Below, piece by piece: positions 8,861 through 16,490 of a stretch of 20,000 nucleotides of DNA (within the stretch, counting starts at the first letter, position 1; each line of letters begins with the position of its first letter). The translations under genes were made by a program, and so were the position numbers. Below the pieces are notes generated by a model. It was not told the origin of the DNA. It ran no database searches and worked only from the letters and a program-made list of their open reading frames with translations. Location of the stretch: the sequence record DRR378314_135. One strand, written 5' to 3'.

Positions 8861-9784
8861 AACAGCTTCGACTGGAATGACCTCAAGGTTTTTCTCACGC
8901 TACATCGCATGAAACGCATGACAGACGCAGGCAAGGTGCTTGGCGTCGATCAGACGACGATTGCCCGCCGTATCAAGGCACTGGAGGCATCGATCGGAAC
9001 ACATCTTTTTGTGCGCAGGGCGGACGGGTTTGAGCTGACGCAAGCCGGACACCGGATCCTGCCCTTCGCCCTTGACATCGAACAATCGGGGGAACAGCTG
9101 CACGAAGAGGTTTCAGGCCAAAATAAGCGCCTGTCGGGCCGGGTCCGCGTCGGTGCGCCTGACGGCCTGGGTACCTTTTTTGTGCCCTCGATTCTCACTC
9201 ATTTCCAACAGGATCACCCGGATGTCGACATCGAGGTCGTCGCCAGTTCGCGCGAGTTTCGCATTGCCGAACAGGAGGTGCATCTCGCGCTCTGCCTGTC
9301 ATTGCCCGAAAGTGGCCGCCTGTTGGCCCGCAAGCTTGCTGACTATCACCTGTATTTCTTCGGGTCGGCAGAATACATTGAGAAGCACGGCACACCTCAG
9401 GAACTGAGTGAGCTGCAGGGACACCGTCTCGTTGGCTATATCTCCGATATGCTATTCTCACCGGAGGTTCGTTTTCTGGAAGAACTCGGTTTGCGCGAAA
9501 TGGTGCGCTTTGCCTCAAGCTCCATGGCAGCACAGCGCGAAGCCATTCGCTCCGGGGCGGGTCTCGGAATCCTGCCCCGGTTCATGTCCCTGAACGATCC
9601 GAGCCTCGTGCCCGTCCTAACCGAGCGCTATCTTCTCAAACGTACAGTTTGGATTGTGAGCCATCAAAGCACCGAAGATCTGGCCCGCGTCCGCTCGGTC
9701 TCCGAATACCTCCAGCGCTCCGCCAGATCTCGACGCGGCGATCTGTTGCTGCCGGACGATCTTGGGCAACCCGGGCCGAGGTGA
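8855..9784 (+). CDS. LysR family transcriptional regulator, about 309 aa
   Basis: N-terminal HTH (WNDLKVFL...AGKVLGVDQTTIARRIKALEASIGTHLF..R), LSGRVRVGAP and a C-terminal substrate-binding domain. Divergent from dctQMP. Start taken at ATG 8855. Confidence 0.95.
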   Translation: MQNSFDWNDLKVFLTLHRMKRMTDAGKVLGVDQTTIARRIKALEASIGTHLFVRRADGFELTQAGHRILPFALDIEQSGEQLHEEVSGQNKRLSGRVRVGAPDGLGTFFVPSILTHFQQDHPDVDIEVVASSREFRIAEQEVHLALCLSLPESGRLLARKLADYHLYFFGSAEYIEKHGTPQELSELQGHRLVGYISDMLFSPEVRFLEELGLREMVRFASSSMAAQREAIRSGAGLGILPRFMSLNDPSLVPVLTERYLLKRTVWIVSHQSTEDLARVRSVSEYLQRSARSRRGDLLLPDDLGQPGPR

Positions 9785-9832
9785 CCAGCTGCTGCAGCGT
9801 GTTGGCCGACTACAAGCCACGCTGATTGAAGC

Positions 9833-9937
9833 TTTGGTGGCGTCAAATCCAGCGGCTATGGGCGCGAAGGCGGCACCGATGGATTGAAGAGCGACCTCAC
9901 GACGCACAACGTTTGATCCAGCGCCGAAATCGCCTGA
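9833..9937 (+). pseudogene. Aldehyde dehydrogenase C-terminal remnant
   Basis: Hand translation gives FGGVKSSGYGREGGTDGLKSDLTTHNV*SSAEIA*, colinear with the end of the intact ALDH at 11667-13097 (FGGVKASGQGREGGAEGLDSYLSVKNVWHSRSIT*). No start codon, one internal stop. Confidence 0.85.
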
Positions 9938-10014
9938 ATGGCCTTTCCACACAGATGTCGATCTTGGATTTATCATGCAGTACAATATGATAGATGGAAA
10001 CATACGGGCAGTTT

Positions 10015-10376
10015 GAAGGAGACTATCGCCGACAGCGGCAACGCACGACCCGCCTGGCCCGCCTGGCCATCGGGTTGCCGTCGAGGGTGGTCATCACTGC
10101 ACCTGCGTCCCCGGGTACGTTGAGCAGGATCGACGAGATCCTCCCACCATATTCCGCACCGTAGTATATACCGGCCAGCAGGATCAGCGCCGCCTCGGGC
10201 TGGAAACCCAAACCGTAGGCGATGGGCAGCAGGATCGCCACACCGTTGATGGGAGCAAGGCCCGGAAGTGAACCGATCAGCGTGCCCACAAAGCAGCCGA
10301 CCAGCACCAGCATGAGGTTGACCGGATCGAGGGCGACGGCAAAGCCTGTCGCGAGACCGGAAAACACCGCGTCCAT
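10015..10376 (-). pseudogene. tctA: TctA (TTT large permease) N-terminal remnant, frameshifted and truncated
   Basis: GTLIGSLPGLAPINGVAILLP...GAEYGGRISSILLNVPGDAGAVMTTLDGNPMAR, then a frame change near 10062 to GQAGRALPLSAIVSF, after which similarity ends. About 120 codons against about 500 for a full TctA. Confidence 0.9.
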
Positions 10377-10798
10377 CAGTTGGCCTCCGTTTCAAAGCGT
10401 TCGAGCAGGGCTTCGATCAACGCGCCCTCCGGCGGGTTAAGATCCATCAGGCTCACGCACAGCAGCCAGCCGAGAATACCGGCCGCAATGCCAAATGCCA
10501 GCGCACGCCAGCGCGGCGCACCCAGCATCCGCGCGAGGATGGTGTCGAAAATGGCGGTTGAGACAATGAAACCCAGTGGTTCGTAGAGGCGCCCGTAGGC
10601 GAGCAGCATGACAATTACGGCAGCTAGGTGGAACCATACCTTTTGGGTCAGCTCCAGGCTGTCGATGTCCGGCTTCCAAAGCACGCGCGCCAGACACAGG
10701 GTGGCGACAATGGACAGGATTTGGGGCCAGCTTTCGGGCCCGAGCGAGTCGTATTGGAACGGTGCCTGGATAACGGTGAACGCGATGATCGCGTATGC
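10376..10798 (-). pseudogene. tctB: TctB (TTT small permease), 5'-truncated
   Basis: The frame continues upstream of the called GTG as AYAIIAFTVIQAPFQYDSLGPESWPQILS...LYEPLGFIVST. No start codon precedes it. TGATG overlap with tctA. Confidence 0.8.
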
Positions 10799-10935
10799 GC
10801 AGCAATGCGGAATGGGGCATTGGATGCACCGTATCCCTTGTAGCCACCGTTCCTCTGCACGATTTCTAAGAACATGTCGCCCGCGTAGAGCCGGGAATAA
10901 ACTGGAAGAAAGTGCTCGCCTTGATCGACGCCGTA
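10798..10935 (-). pseudogene. C-terminal remnant of a QuiC1-type dehydroshikimate dehydratase / HPPD-like fusion protein
   Basis: YGVDQGEHFLPVYSRLYAGDMFLEIVQRNGGYKGYGASNAPFRIAA resembles the conserved C-terminus (FFEIVxRxGGYxGYGAxNAPxRxAA) of the sugar-phosphate-isomerase/HPPD fusion family. The rest of the gene is missing. Confidence 0.75.
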
Positions 10936-11002
10936 CCCTGGCGTCACACCAGCGAAATCCGCGGCCCTACCAACCCGCCCGCCCTCGCATGTGTACAGCA
11001 CA

Positions 11003-11036
11003 ACAAAACAGCACGCCCCGGTGCGGGACACGCTGT
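11003..11036 (-). terminator. Intrinsic terminator after nbaC
   Basis: Minus strand ACAGCGTGTCCCG-CAC-CGGGGCGTGCTGT-TTTGTTG: a stem with G-U pairs followed by a T-rich tail, about 20 nt after the nbaC stop. Confidence 0.65.
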
Positions 11037-11054
11037 CTGCCTTTTGAAGTCAAT

Positions 11055-11621
11055 TCAGAGCTGCACCCAGTCCTCTGGCGGCTTGCCCTTGCCGGGGTGA
11101 ACCTCGCCGCATGACTGGCAGGTGCGTGCCTCGATGTTGGCGTGGAATGCCTCGTAGATCTTGGGCAGCGCCGAGACGATGCCATCGGTACCTTCCAACG
11201 TGACCTCCTCACGGTGGACGAGCGCCTCGCAGTTGAAGCAGAACCATTCGAAGCCCTCGGTCATGCCAGGCTGGCGCGGCGCCTCGACGACGATACCGAT
11301 GGACCCCTCCTGCGGACGCTGCGGCGCGTGGCGCACATGCGGCGGCAGCATGAACACCTCGCCCTCACGCACCGGCACATCATAGATTTTGCCGCCGTCG
11401 GCGATCTTGATCATCATGTCGCCCTTCTGCTGAAAGAACCATTCCTCCACCGGGTCGTCATGGAAATCGCAGCGGGTGTTGGGGCCGCCGACCACCATGA
11501 CGATCATGCCGTCGCCGTCCTTGTGCAGCAGCTGGTTGCCAACCGGCGGCTTTAGCTTGTCGGCGTTCTCTGCCAGCCATTTCTGAAAGTTGAAGGGCTT
11601 CAGCTTGGGGTGATTGGACAT
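11055..11621 (-). CDS. nbaC: 3-hydroxyanthranilate 3,4-dioxygenase, 188 aa
   Basis: LKPPVGN, VVGGPNxRxDFH..PVEEWFFQQKG, HAPQRP and VVE motifs, plus the rubredoxin-like CFNC and CQSC pairs. GGAGG RBS. Confidence 0.96.
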   Translation of the reverse strand: MSNHPKLKPFNFQKWLAENADKLKPPVGNQLLHKDGDGMIVMVVGGPNTRCDFHDDPVEEWFFQQKGDMMIKIADGGKIYDVPVREGEVFMLPPHVRHAPQRPQEGSIGIVVEAPRQPGMTEGFEWFCFNCEALVHREEVTLEGTDGIVSALPKIYEAFHANIEARTCQSCGEVHPGKGKPPEDWVQL

Positions 11622-11666
11622 TTGTGACCTCCTTGGGACTGTAACTGTTGCCTTGCGTGCGGTGAG

Positions 11667-13097
11667 TCAGGTGATGGACCGGGAATGCCAGACATTCTTG
11701 ACTGACAGATAGCTGTCCAGGCCCTCGGCGCCGCCTTCGCGGCCCTGGCCGCTGGCCTTGACCCCACCAAAAGGGGTTTCCGGCAGCGAGGCCTCCAGCG
11801 TGTTGATCGACAGGTTGCCGACCTCGATCTCGTCAATCATCCGGTCGATGTAATCGGCGCGGTTGGTCATGCCATAGCCTGCCAGCCCATAAGGCACCGC
11901 GTTGGCGGCAGCGATGGCCGCATCCAGGTCCACCACCGGGTTCAGCACCGCAATCGGGCCAAAGGGTTCTTCCTGCATGATCTGTGCCTCAGGCGGCACG
12001 TTGGCCAGCACCGTCGGCTGGAAGAAATAGCCGCGGTCCCCCAGCCGCGCGCCGCCGGTCAGCAACTCAGCACCCTTGGCGACAGCATCCTCCACCAGCG
12101 CCGTCAGCACCGGGATACGGCGTTCGTTGGCAGTCGGCCCCATCTCGACGCCCGGTTCCATACCGTTGCCCACAACGGTGGCGGCGGCGCGTTTGGTGAA
12201 GCGGGTCTTGAATTCCTCAAAGATACTGTGATGCACAAAGAACCGTGTTGGCGAGGTGCAAACTTGGCCGGTGTTGCGCATCTTGCGGATAGCACCACTG
12301 AGCGCAGCCTTTTCCACATCCGCGTCCTCGCAGACGATGACCGGTGCGTGGCCGCCCAACTCCATCAGCGCGCGGGTGTCATGGCGCGCCGCCAGCGCCG
12401 TCAACTGGCGCCCTACTGCGGTGGAGCCAGTCAGCGCGACCAGCTTTACCGCCGGTTGCGGGATCAGGAATTCGGAGATCTCTGAGGGCACCCCGAACAC
12501 CAGGTTCAGCACCCCGGCTGGCAGACCCGCATCCTCGAATGCGCGCACGATATGCACCGCGCCACCGGGCGTTTCCTCGGCCGCCTTCAGGATGATCGAA
12601 CAGCCCGATGCTAGCGCCCCCGCGACCTTGCGCGCGGGTTGGCTCATCGGGAAGTTCCAGGGCGAGAACGCAGCCACCACCCCGATGGGATGATGATGAA
12701 CCGATAGCTTGGAGCCCGCTGCCGCCGGGATGACTCGGCCATAGGCGCGCATCGCCTCGCCCGCGTCCCATTCAAAGAACTCGGCACCACGGATCACTTC
12801 CAACCGGGCCTGCGCCAACGGCTTGCCATGCTCGGCAGTGATGGTCAGGGCGATCTCCTCTTGCCGATCGCGCATCAGCGCGGCGGCGCGCAGGATGATA
12901 TCGGCACGTTCCCGCGGCGCAGTCCGGCTCCAGATCGCCAGCCCTTTTTCGGCCGCCGCCAGTGCATCCCGCAGATCCGCGCGCCCGGCGCAGGGCAGTT
13001 GCCCCAATTCTTCTTCGGTCGCCGGGTTGACGACAGCGATGCTGCGCTCCGCCTTGCGCCAATGGCCATCGATAAAGAGGTTGAGATCGGGATACAT
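11667..13097 (-). CDS. NAD(P)-dependent aldehyde dehydrogenase, GabD/alpha-ketoglutaric semialdehyde dehydrogenase-like, 476 aa
   Basis: PWNFP, LTGSTAVG, MELGGHAP, RNTGQVCTSPTR (catalytic Cys), EEPFGP and PFGGVKASG. Start at ATG 13097 behind AGGAGG. Confidence 0.93.
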   Translation of the reverse strand: MYPDLNLFIDGHWRKAERSIAVVNPATEEELGQLPCAGRADLRDALAAAEKGLAIWSRTAPRERADIILRAAALMRDRQEEIALTITAEHGKPLAQARLEVIRGAEFFEWDAGEAMRAYGRVIPAAAGSKLSVHHHPIGVVAAFSPWNFPMSQPARKVAGALASGCSIILKAAEETPGGAVHIVRAFEDAGLPAGVLNLVFGVPSEISEFLIPQPAVKLVALTGSTAVGRQLTALAARHDTRALMELGGHAPVIVCEDADVEKAALSGAIRKMRNTGQVCTSPTRFFVHHSIFEEFKTRFTKRAAATVVGNGMEPGVEMGPTANERRIPVLTALVEDAVAKGAELLTGGARLGDRGYFFQPTVLANVPPEAQIMQEEPFGPIAVLNPVVDLDAAIAAANAVPYGLAGYGMTNRADYIDRMIDEIEVGNLSINTLEASLPETPFGGVKASGQGREGGAEGLDSYLSVKNVWHSRSIT

Positions 13098-13224
13098 ATG
13101 CCTGCGCCTCCTGCATTGAACGGCCCGATTAGGCGCAGGCCCGGCACACGCGTTCAACTGATATCCGGGAAAGCTGATATGCCGTTTGCTGATAGCAAGG
13201 CTGCAGACTCGCCGAAGAGATCCG

Positions 13225-13935
13225 CTAGGCCTGATCTTCTACCCGGTCAAAGAAGCGACGTGTAAAGCCCGCGTGTTCTTCCAGCAGACGCACCGCTTGC
13301 TCCTCGTCGCGTGCCAGAACCGCCTCCATCAGCTTGGTGTGGTGGGCAATGCCAAGGGCGGCGCGGCTATGGGCGATCAACTCCGGGCTGCCCAGAAACT
13401 TGTCGCGGTTGTCCCCCGTGAACATGCTGAAAAAATGCCGGTCCAGATGGTTGGAAATCTGCGCGTAGAACAGGTTCAGCCACTGCGAGCGCGACGCCGC
13501 CAGCAGCGCCCTGTGAAAGCCCCGGTGACGGTCCGACCACACCCACAGCTCATCCAGATCACTGGTCTCCGCCGGTTCGGTCGCTTTGGCCAGCAGGTGG
13601 TGGCTGGACAGGATCGCCGCCTCCCAGGCGTCATCGCCATGCGCAATCGCCTCGCGCAGCAGCGCGGTTTCGATCACCAGGCGACAGCCTTCCAGGTCCA
13701 TGAGTTCTGCCTGGGTCACCGCCGCGGCGCGGAAGCCGCGGTTGTTCTCCATCACCACGAATCGCTCGCTCTCCAACCGCCGCAGCGCCTCGCGCATCGG
13801 CGTCACGCCCAGGCCGCTTTCCTTGCCCAGCGCCGGGATCCGCAGCGGCGCCTCGGGTGGAATTTTCGCCTCAATCAACTGCTTGAGCAGGAATTGATAG
13901 GCCATTTCTGACTTTGACGACGCGGGTAAATCCAT
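13225..13935 (-). CDS. GntR family regulator with FCD domain, 236 aa
   Basis: Winged HTH (LRIPAL...GVTPMREALRRLESE...NRGF) and FCD motif HRGFHRALLAASRS...HHTKLMEAVLARD. Divergent from kynU. Confidence 0.93.
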   Translation of the reverse strand: MDLPASSKSEMAYQFLLKQLIEAKIPPEAPLRIPALGKESGLGVTPMREALRRLESERFVVMENNRGFRAAAVTQAELMDLEGCRLVIETALLREAIAHGDDAWEAAILSSHHLLAKATEPAETSDLDELWVWSDRHRGFHRALLAASRSQWLNLFYAQISNHLDRHFFSMFTGDNRDKFLGSPELIAHSRAALGIAHHTKLMEAVLARDEEQAVRLLEEHAGFTRRFFDRVEDQA

Positions 13936-13956
13936 TGATTGACCTTCAGAAATATA

Positions 13957-13987
13957 ATCGTATACGATAAGTCAAATCATATACGAT
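13957..13987. promoter_or_regulatory. Tandem GntR-type operators between gntR and kynU
   Basis: Perfect palindrome ATCGTATACGAT (13957-13968) and a one-mismatch copy ATCATATACGAT (13976-13987) in an AT-rich divergent spacer. Confidence 0.7.
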
Positions 13988-14042
13988 TGAAGTGTGCATA
14001 TTGGTTTTATCAGTTGCACACCCAGCCCGAGAAGGAAAGCCA

Positions 14043-15293
14043 ATGGCCCTTATCCCCACCCGCAGCACCGCCGAGGCTCTGGACAGCCAGGATCCGCTGG
14101 CGCACAAGCGTGACGAGTTTTTCGTCGAGGAAGGCACCATCTATCTGGACGGCAACTCGCTCGGCCCGGCACCCAAAGCGGTATTCGACAGCATCGACCG
14201 CACCATGCGCGAAGAATGGGCCAAGGGGCTGATCCGCAGCCACAACACCGCCGGCTGGTTCATGCTGACCGACACGCTGGGCAATCGCCTCGCCCGGCTG
14301 CTGGGTGCCAGCGAGGGCGAGATCGTGGTCTGCGACACCACCTCGCTCAATATCTACAAGACCCTGCACGCAGCACTTTCGATGCAGCCCGTCCGTCGCA
14401 AGATCGTGGCAGAGGGCAGCTCATTTCCGACCAATCTCTACATGGCGGAAGGTGTGCAATCGACGCTGGAGGGCGCCACCCTGGCCCTGGAAGGCCGCGA
14501 CGGCGACCGGATCGAGGATATGATCGACGCCGACACCGCGGTGGTGATGCTGAACCACGTGGACTACCGCTCCGGCGTGATCCGCGATGTGAAGGCGCTG
14601 ACCAAGCTGGCGCATGAACGCGGCGCGCTGGTAATGGTGGACATGTGCCATTCTGCCGGGGTGATCCCGGTCGACCTGCACGACCTGAACGTCGATTTCG
14701 CCGTCGGCTGCACCTACAAATACCTCAACGGCGGGCCGGGTTCGCCCGCCTATGCCTATGTAGCCAAGCGCCACCACGGCAAGTTCACCCAGCCGCTCTC
14801 CGGCTGGCACGGCCATGCTGCCCCCTTCAAGTTCGAGCAGAGCTACCGCAAGGGCGAGGGCGCCCGAGCGCTGCTGTGCGGCACCCAGCACACCCTGTCG
14901 ATGCGCGCGCTGCAGTCGGGGCTGGCGGTCTTTGATGATGTCGAGGTGGTCGACCTCTATGCCAAGGGCCGGGCGCTGTCAGACCTGTTCATCCAGCTGG
15001 TCGAGAGCTTTGCCGAAGACTTTGGCATTGGCTTTTACAGCCCCAAGGACGGCACGCTGCGCAACGGCCAGGTCTCGCTGACCCATACCGAGGGCGGCTA
15101 TGCCATCGTGCAGGCGCTGATTGCGCGTGGCGTGATCGGCGATTTCCGCCAGCCCAACGTGATGCGCTTTGGCTTCACGCCACTGTATCTGCGGTTTGCC
15201 GATGTCTGGGACGCGGCCAACCACCTCTACGAGGTGATGAAGACCGAGGAGTGGAAAGAGGACCGCTTCAACGTCGTCAACACGGTGACCTGA
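14043..15293 (+). CDS. kynU: Kynureninase (PLP-dependent, bacterial type, divergent active site), 416 aa
   Basis: IYLDGNSLG, DFAVGCTYKYLNGGPG (PLP lysine), QPLSGWxGH and GDFRxPxxxRFGFTPLY. Start at ATG 14043 behind GAAGGA. Confidence 0.93.
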   Translation: MALIPTRSTAEALDSQDPLAHKRDEFFVEEGTIYLDGNSLGPAPKAVFDSIDRTMREEWAKGLIRSHNTAGWFMLTDTLGNRLARLLGASEGEIVVCDTTSLNIYKTLHAALSMQPVRRKIVAEGSSFPTNLYMAEGVQSTLEGATLALEGRDGDRIEDMIDADTAVVMLNHVDYRSGVIRDVKALTKLAHERGALVMVDMCHSAGVIPVDLHDLNVDFAVGCTYKYLNGGPGSPAYAYVAKRHHGKFTQPLSGWHGHAAPFKFEQSYRKGEGARALLCGTQHTLSMRALQSGLAVFDDVEVVDLYAKGRALSDLFIQLVESFAEDFGIGFYSPKDGTLRNGQVSLTHTEGGYAIVQALIARGVIGDFRQPNVMRFGFTPLYLRFADVWDAANHLYEVMKTEEWKEDRFNVVNTVT

Positions 15294-15481
15294 CCGGTTG
15301 CCGCGCCCAGCGCGCGGCATTTGCCCCCATACCCTGATATCACGGGACCGCCTTGGCGGCGCCTCCCGTGATGCCCCCTGCCCTGCGCCTGAAGCTGCAC
15401 CCCAAGAATGCAGAAGGGTGCCCCTTAGCCACCCCGAGCTAGCAGAGGCCAATAATTTTTCAAACCCAACGGGAGGACCAC

Positions 15482-16429
15482 ATGAAACTCAACACCCTAC
15501 TGAAGACCGCTGTCTTTGCGGCTGCCGCCGCGCTCAGCCTGCCGCAGACGGCTGCCGCCTGGACGCCGGAAGAGCCCATCCTGCTGCGCATCGGTTTTGG
15601 AGCCGGCGGCGAGACGGACACCATGGGCCGCGTGCTGGCCGCCACCATTGAACGCCAGACCGGCTGGGACGTGGTGGTGGAAAACCGCCCCGGCGGCGGC
15701 GGCGTTGCGATGCTCAGCGCCCTGGTTGCAGAAGATCCCGACGGGCTGGTCCTGGGCATGGCGGTCAACATCCCACCGCTGATGGCGCTCAGCCAGCGCC
15801 CCGACTCGGTTCCTTTTACGCTGGACAGCTTTGACTACATCGGCACCGTCACCGTGGCAGAAACGGCCCTGATCGCCGGCGGTGAGGCGGCGTTCTCCTC
15901 GATCGGGGAACTGGTGGACTTTGCCCGTACGGAAGGCTCTGCCAAAATCGCTTGGGACGCGCCGGACGCAAAGGCAATCCTGCAGAAGATCGGCCAGCAG
16001 GAAGGCGTTAGCTTCCGCATGGTCAAGGCCGAGAGTGGCGCGGAAATGAACAAGCTGCTGCTGGGCGGCCAGGTCGATGCCGCCTTTGGCACCGGCGCCC
16101 ATCTGCCCTTCGTCGAAGAGGGCCAGATGAAGACCATCGCCAGCCTGTCGGACAAGCGGCTCAGCTCTGCACCCGACGTGCCGACGCTGATCGAGTCCGG
16201 CCATGAGTTCTTCATCGCGCCCTATTTCTATATCGCGGCCCCCGGTGGCCTGCCCGCCGAGGTGAAAACCGCGCTGGCTGATGCCATGGACAAGGCCGTG
16301 GCAGATGAAGCGGTGCAGACGGTTGTGCGGAACGCGGTCAGCGCCCCTGCGCTTAACCTCGGAGCCGAGGGCACCCGACAAATGATGCACGACTCGCTGG
16401 CACCCGTCGGTGCCCTGTTTGACCAGTAA
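15482..16429 (+). CDS. tctC: TTT substrate-binding protein (TctC/Bug family), 315 aa
   Basis: Signal peptide, IGFGAGGETDTMGR, VVENRPGGGG, LLGGQVD and PDVPTLIESG. GGAGG RBS. Confidence 0.93.
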   Translation: MKLNTLLKTAVFAAAAALSLPQTAAAWTPEEPILLRIGFGAGGETDTMGRVLAATIERQTGWDVVVENRPGGGGVAMLSALVAEDPDGLVLGMAVNIPPLMALSQRPDSVPFTLDSFDYIGTVTVAETALIAGGEAAFSSIGELVDFARTEGSAKIAWDAPDAKAILQKIGQQEGVSFRMVKAESGAEMNKLLLGGQVDAAFGTGAHLPFVEEGQMKTIASLSDKRLSSAPDVPTLIESGHEFFIAPYFYIAAPGGLPAEVKTALADAMDKAVADEAVQTVVRNAVSAPALNLGAEGTRQMMHDSLAPVGALFDQ

Positions 16430-16442
16430 ATGCCAGACCCGT

Positions 16443-16474
16443 CCTCGCGGCTGCAGCTTGCGCCGCGAGGTTTT
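16443..16474 (+). terminator. Intercistronic stem-loop between tctC and tctB
   Basis: CCTCGCGGC-N10-GCCGCGAGG followed by TTTT. May stabilise tctC mRNA or act as a partial terminator. Confidence 0.55.
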
Positions 16475-16490
16475 GCGACAGGAGAAAACC

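Noticed and set aside
9617-10003. 128-aa minus-strand ORF as a real gene
   Set aside because: It is the antisense reading of the LysR 3' end and the ALDH remnant.
10050-10070. Programmed frameshift in tctA
   Set aside because: No slippery heptamer, and the gene is truncated about 15 codons later, so this is decay.
15298-15481. Riboswitch, sRNA or small ORF in the kynU-tctC spacer
   Set aside because: No recognisable RNA family motif. The 117-aa ORF runs out of frame into tctC and looks non-coding.
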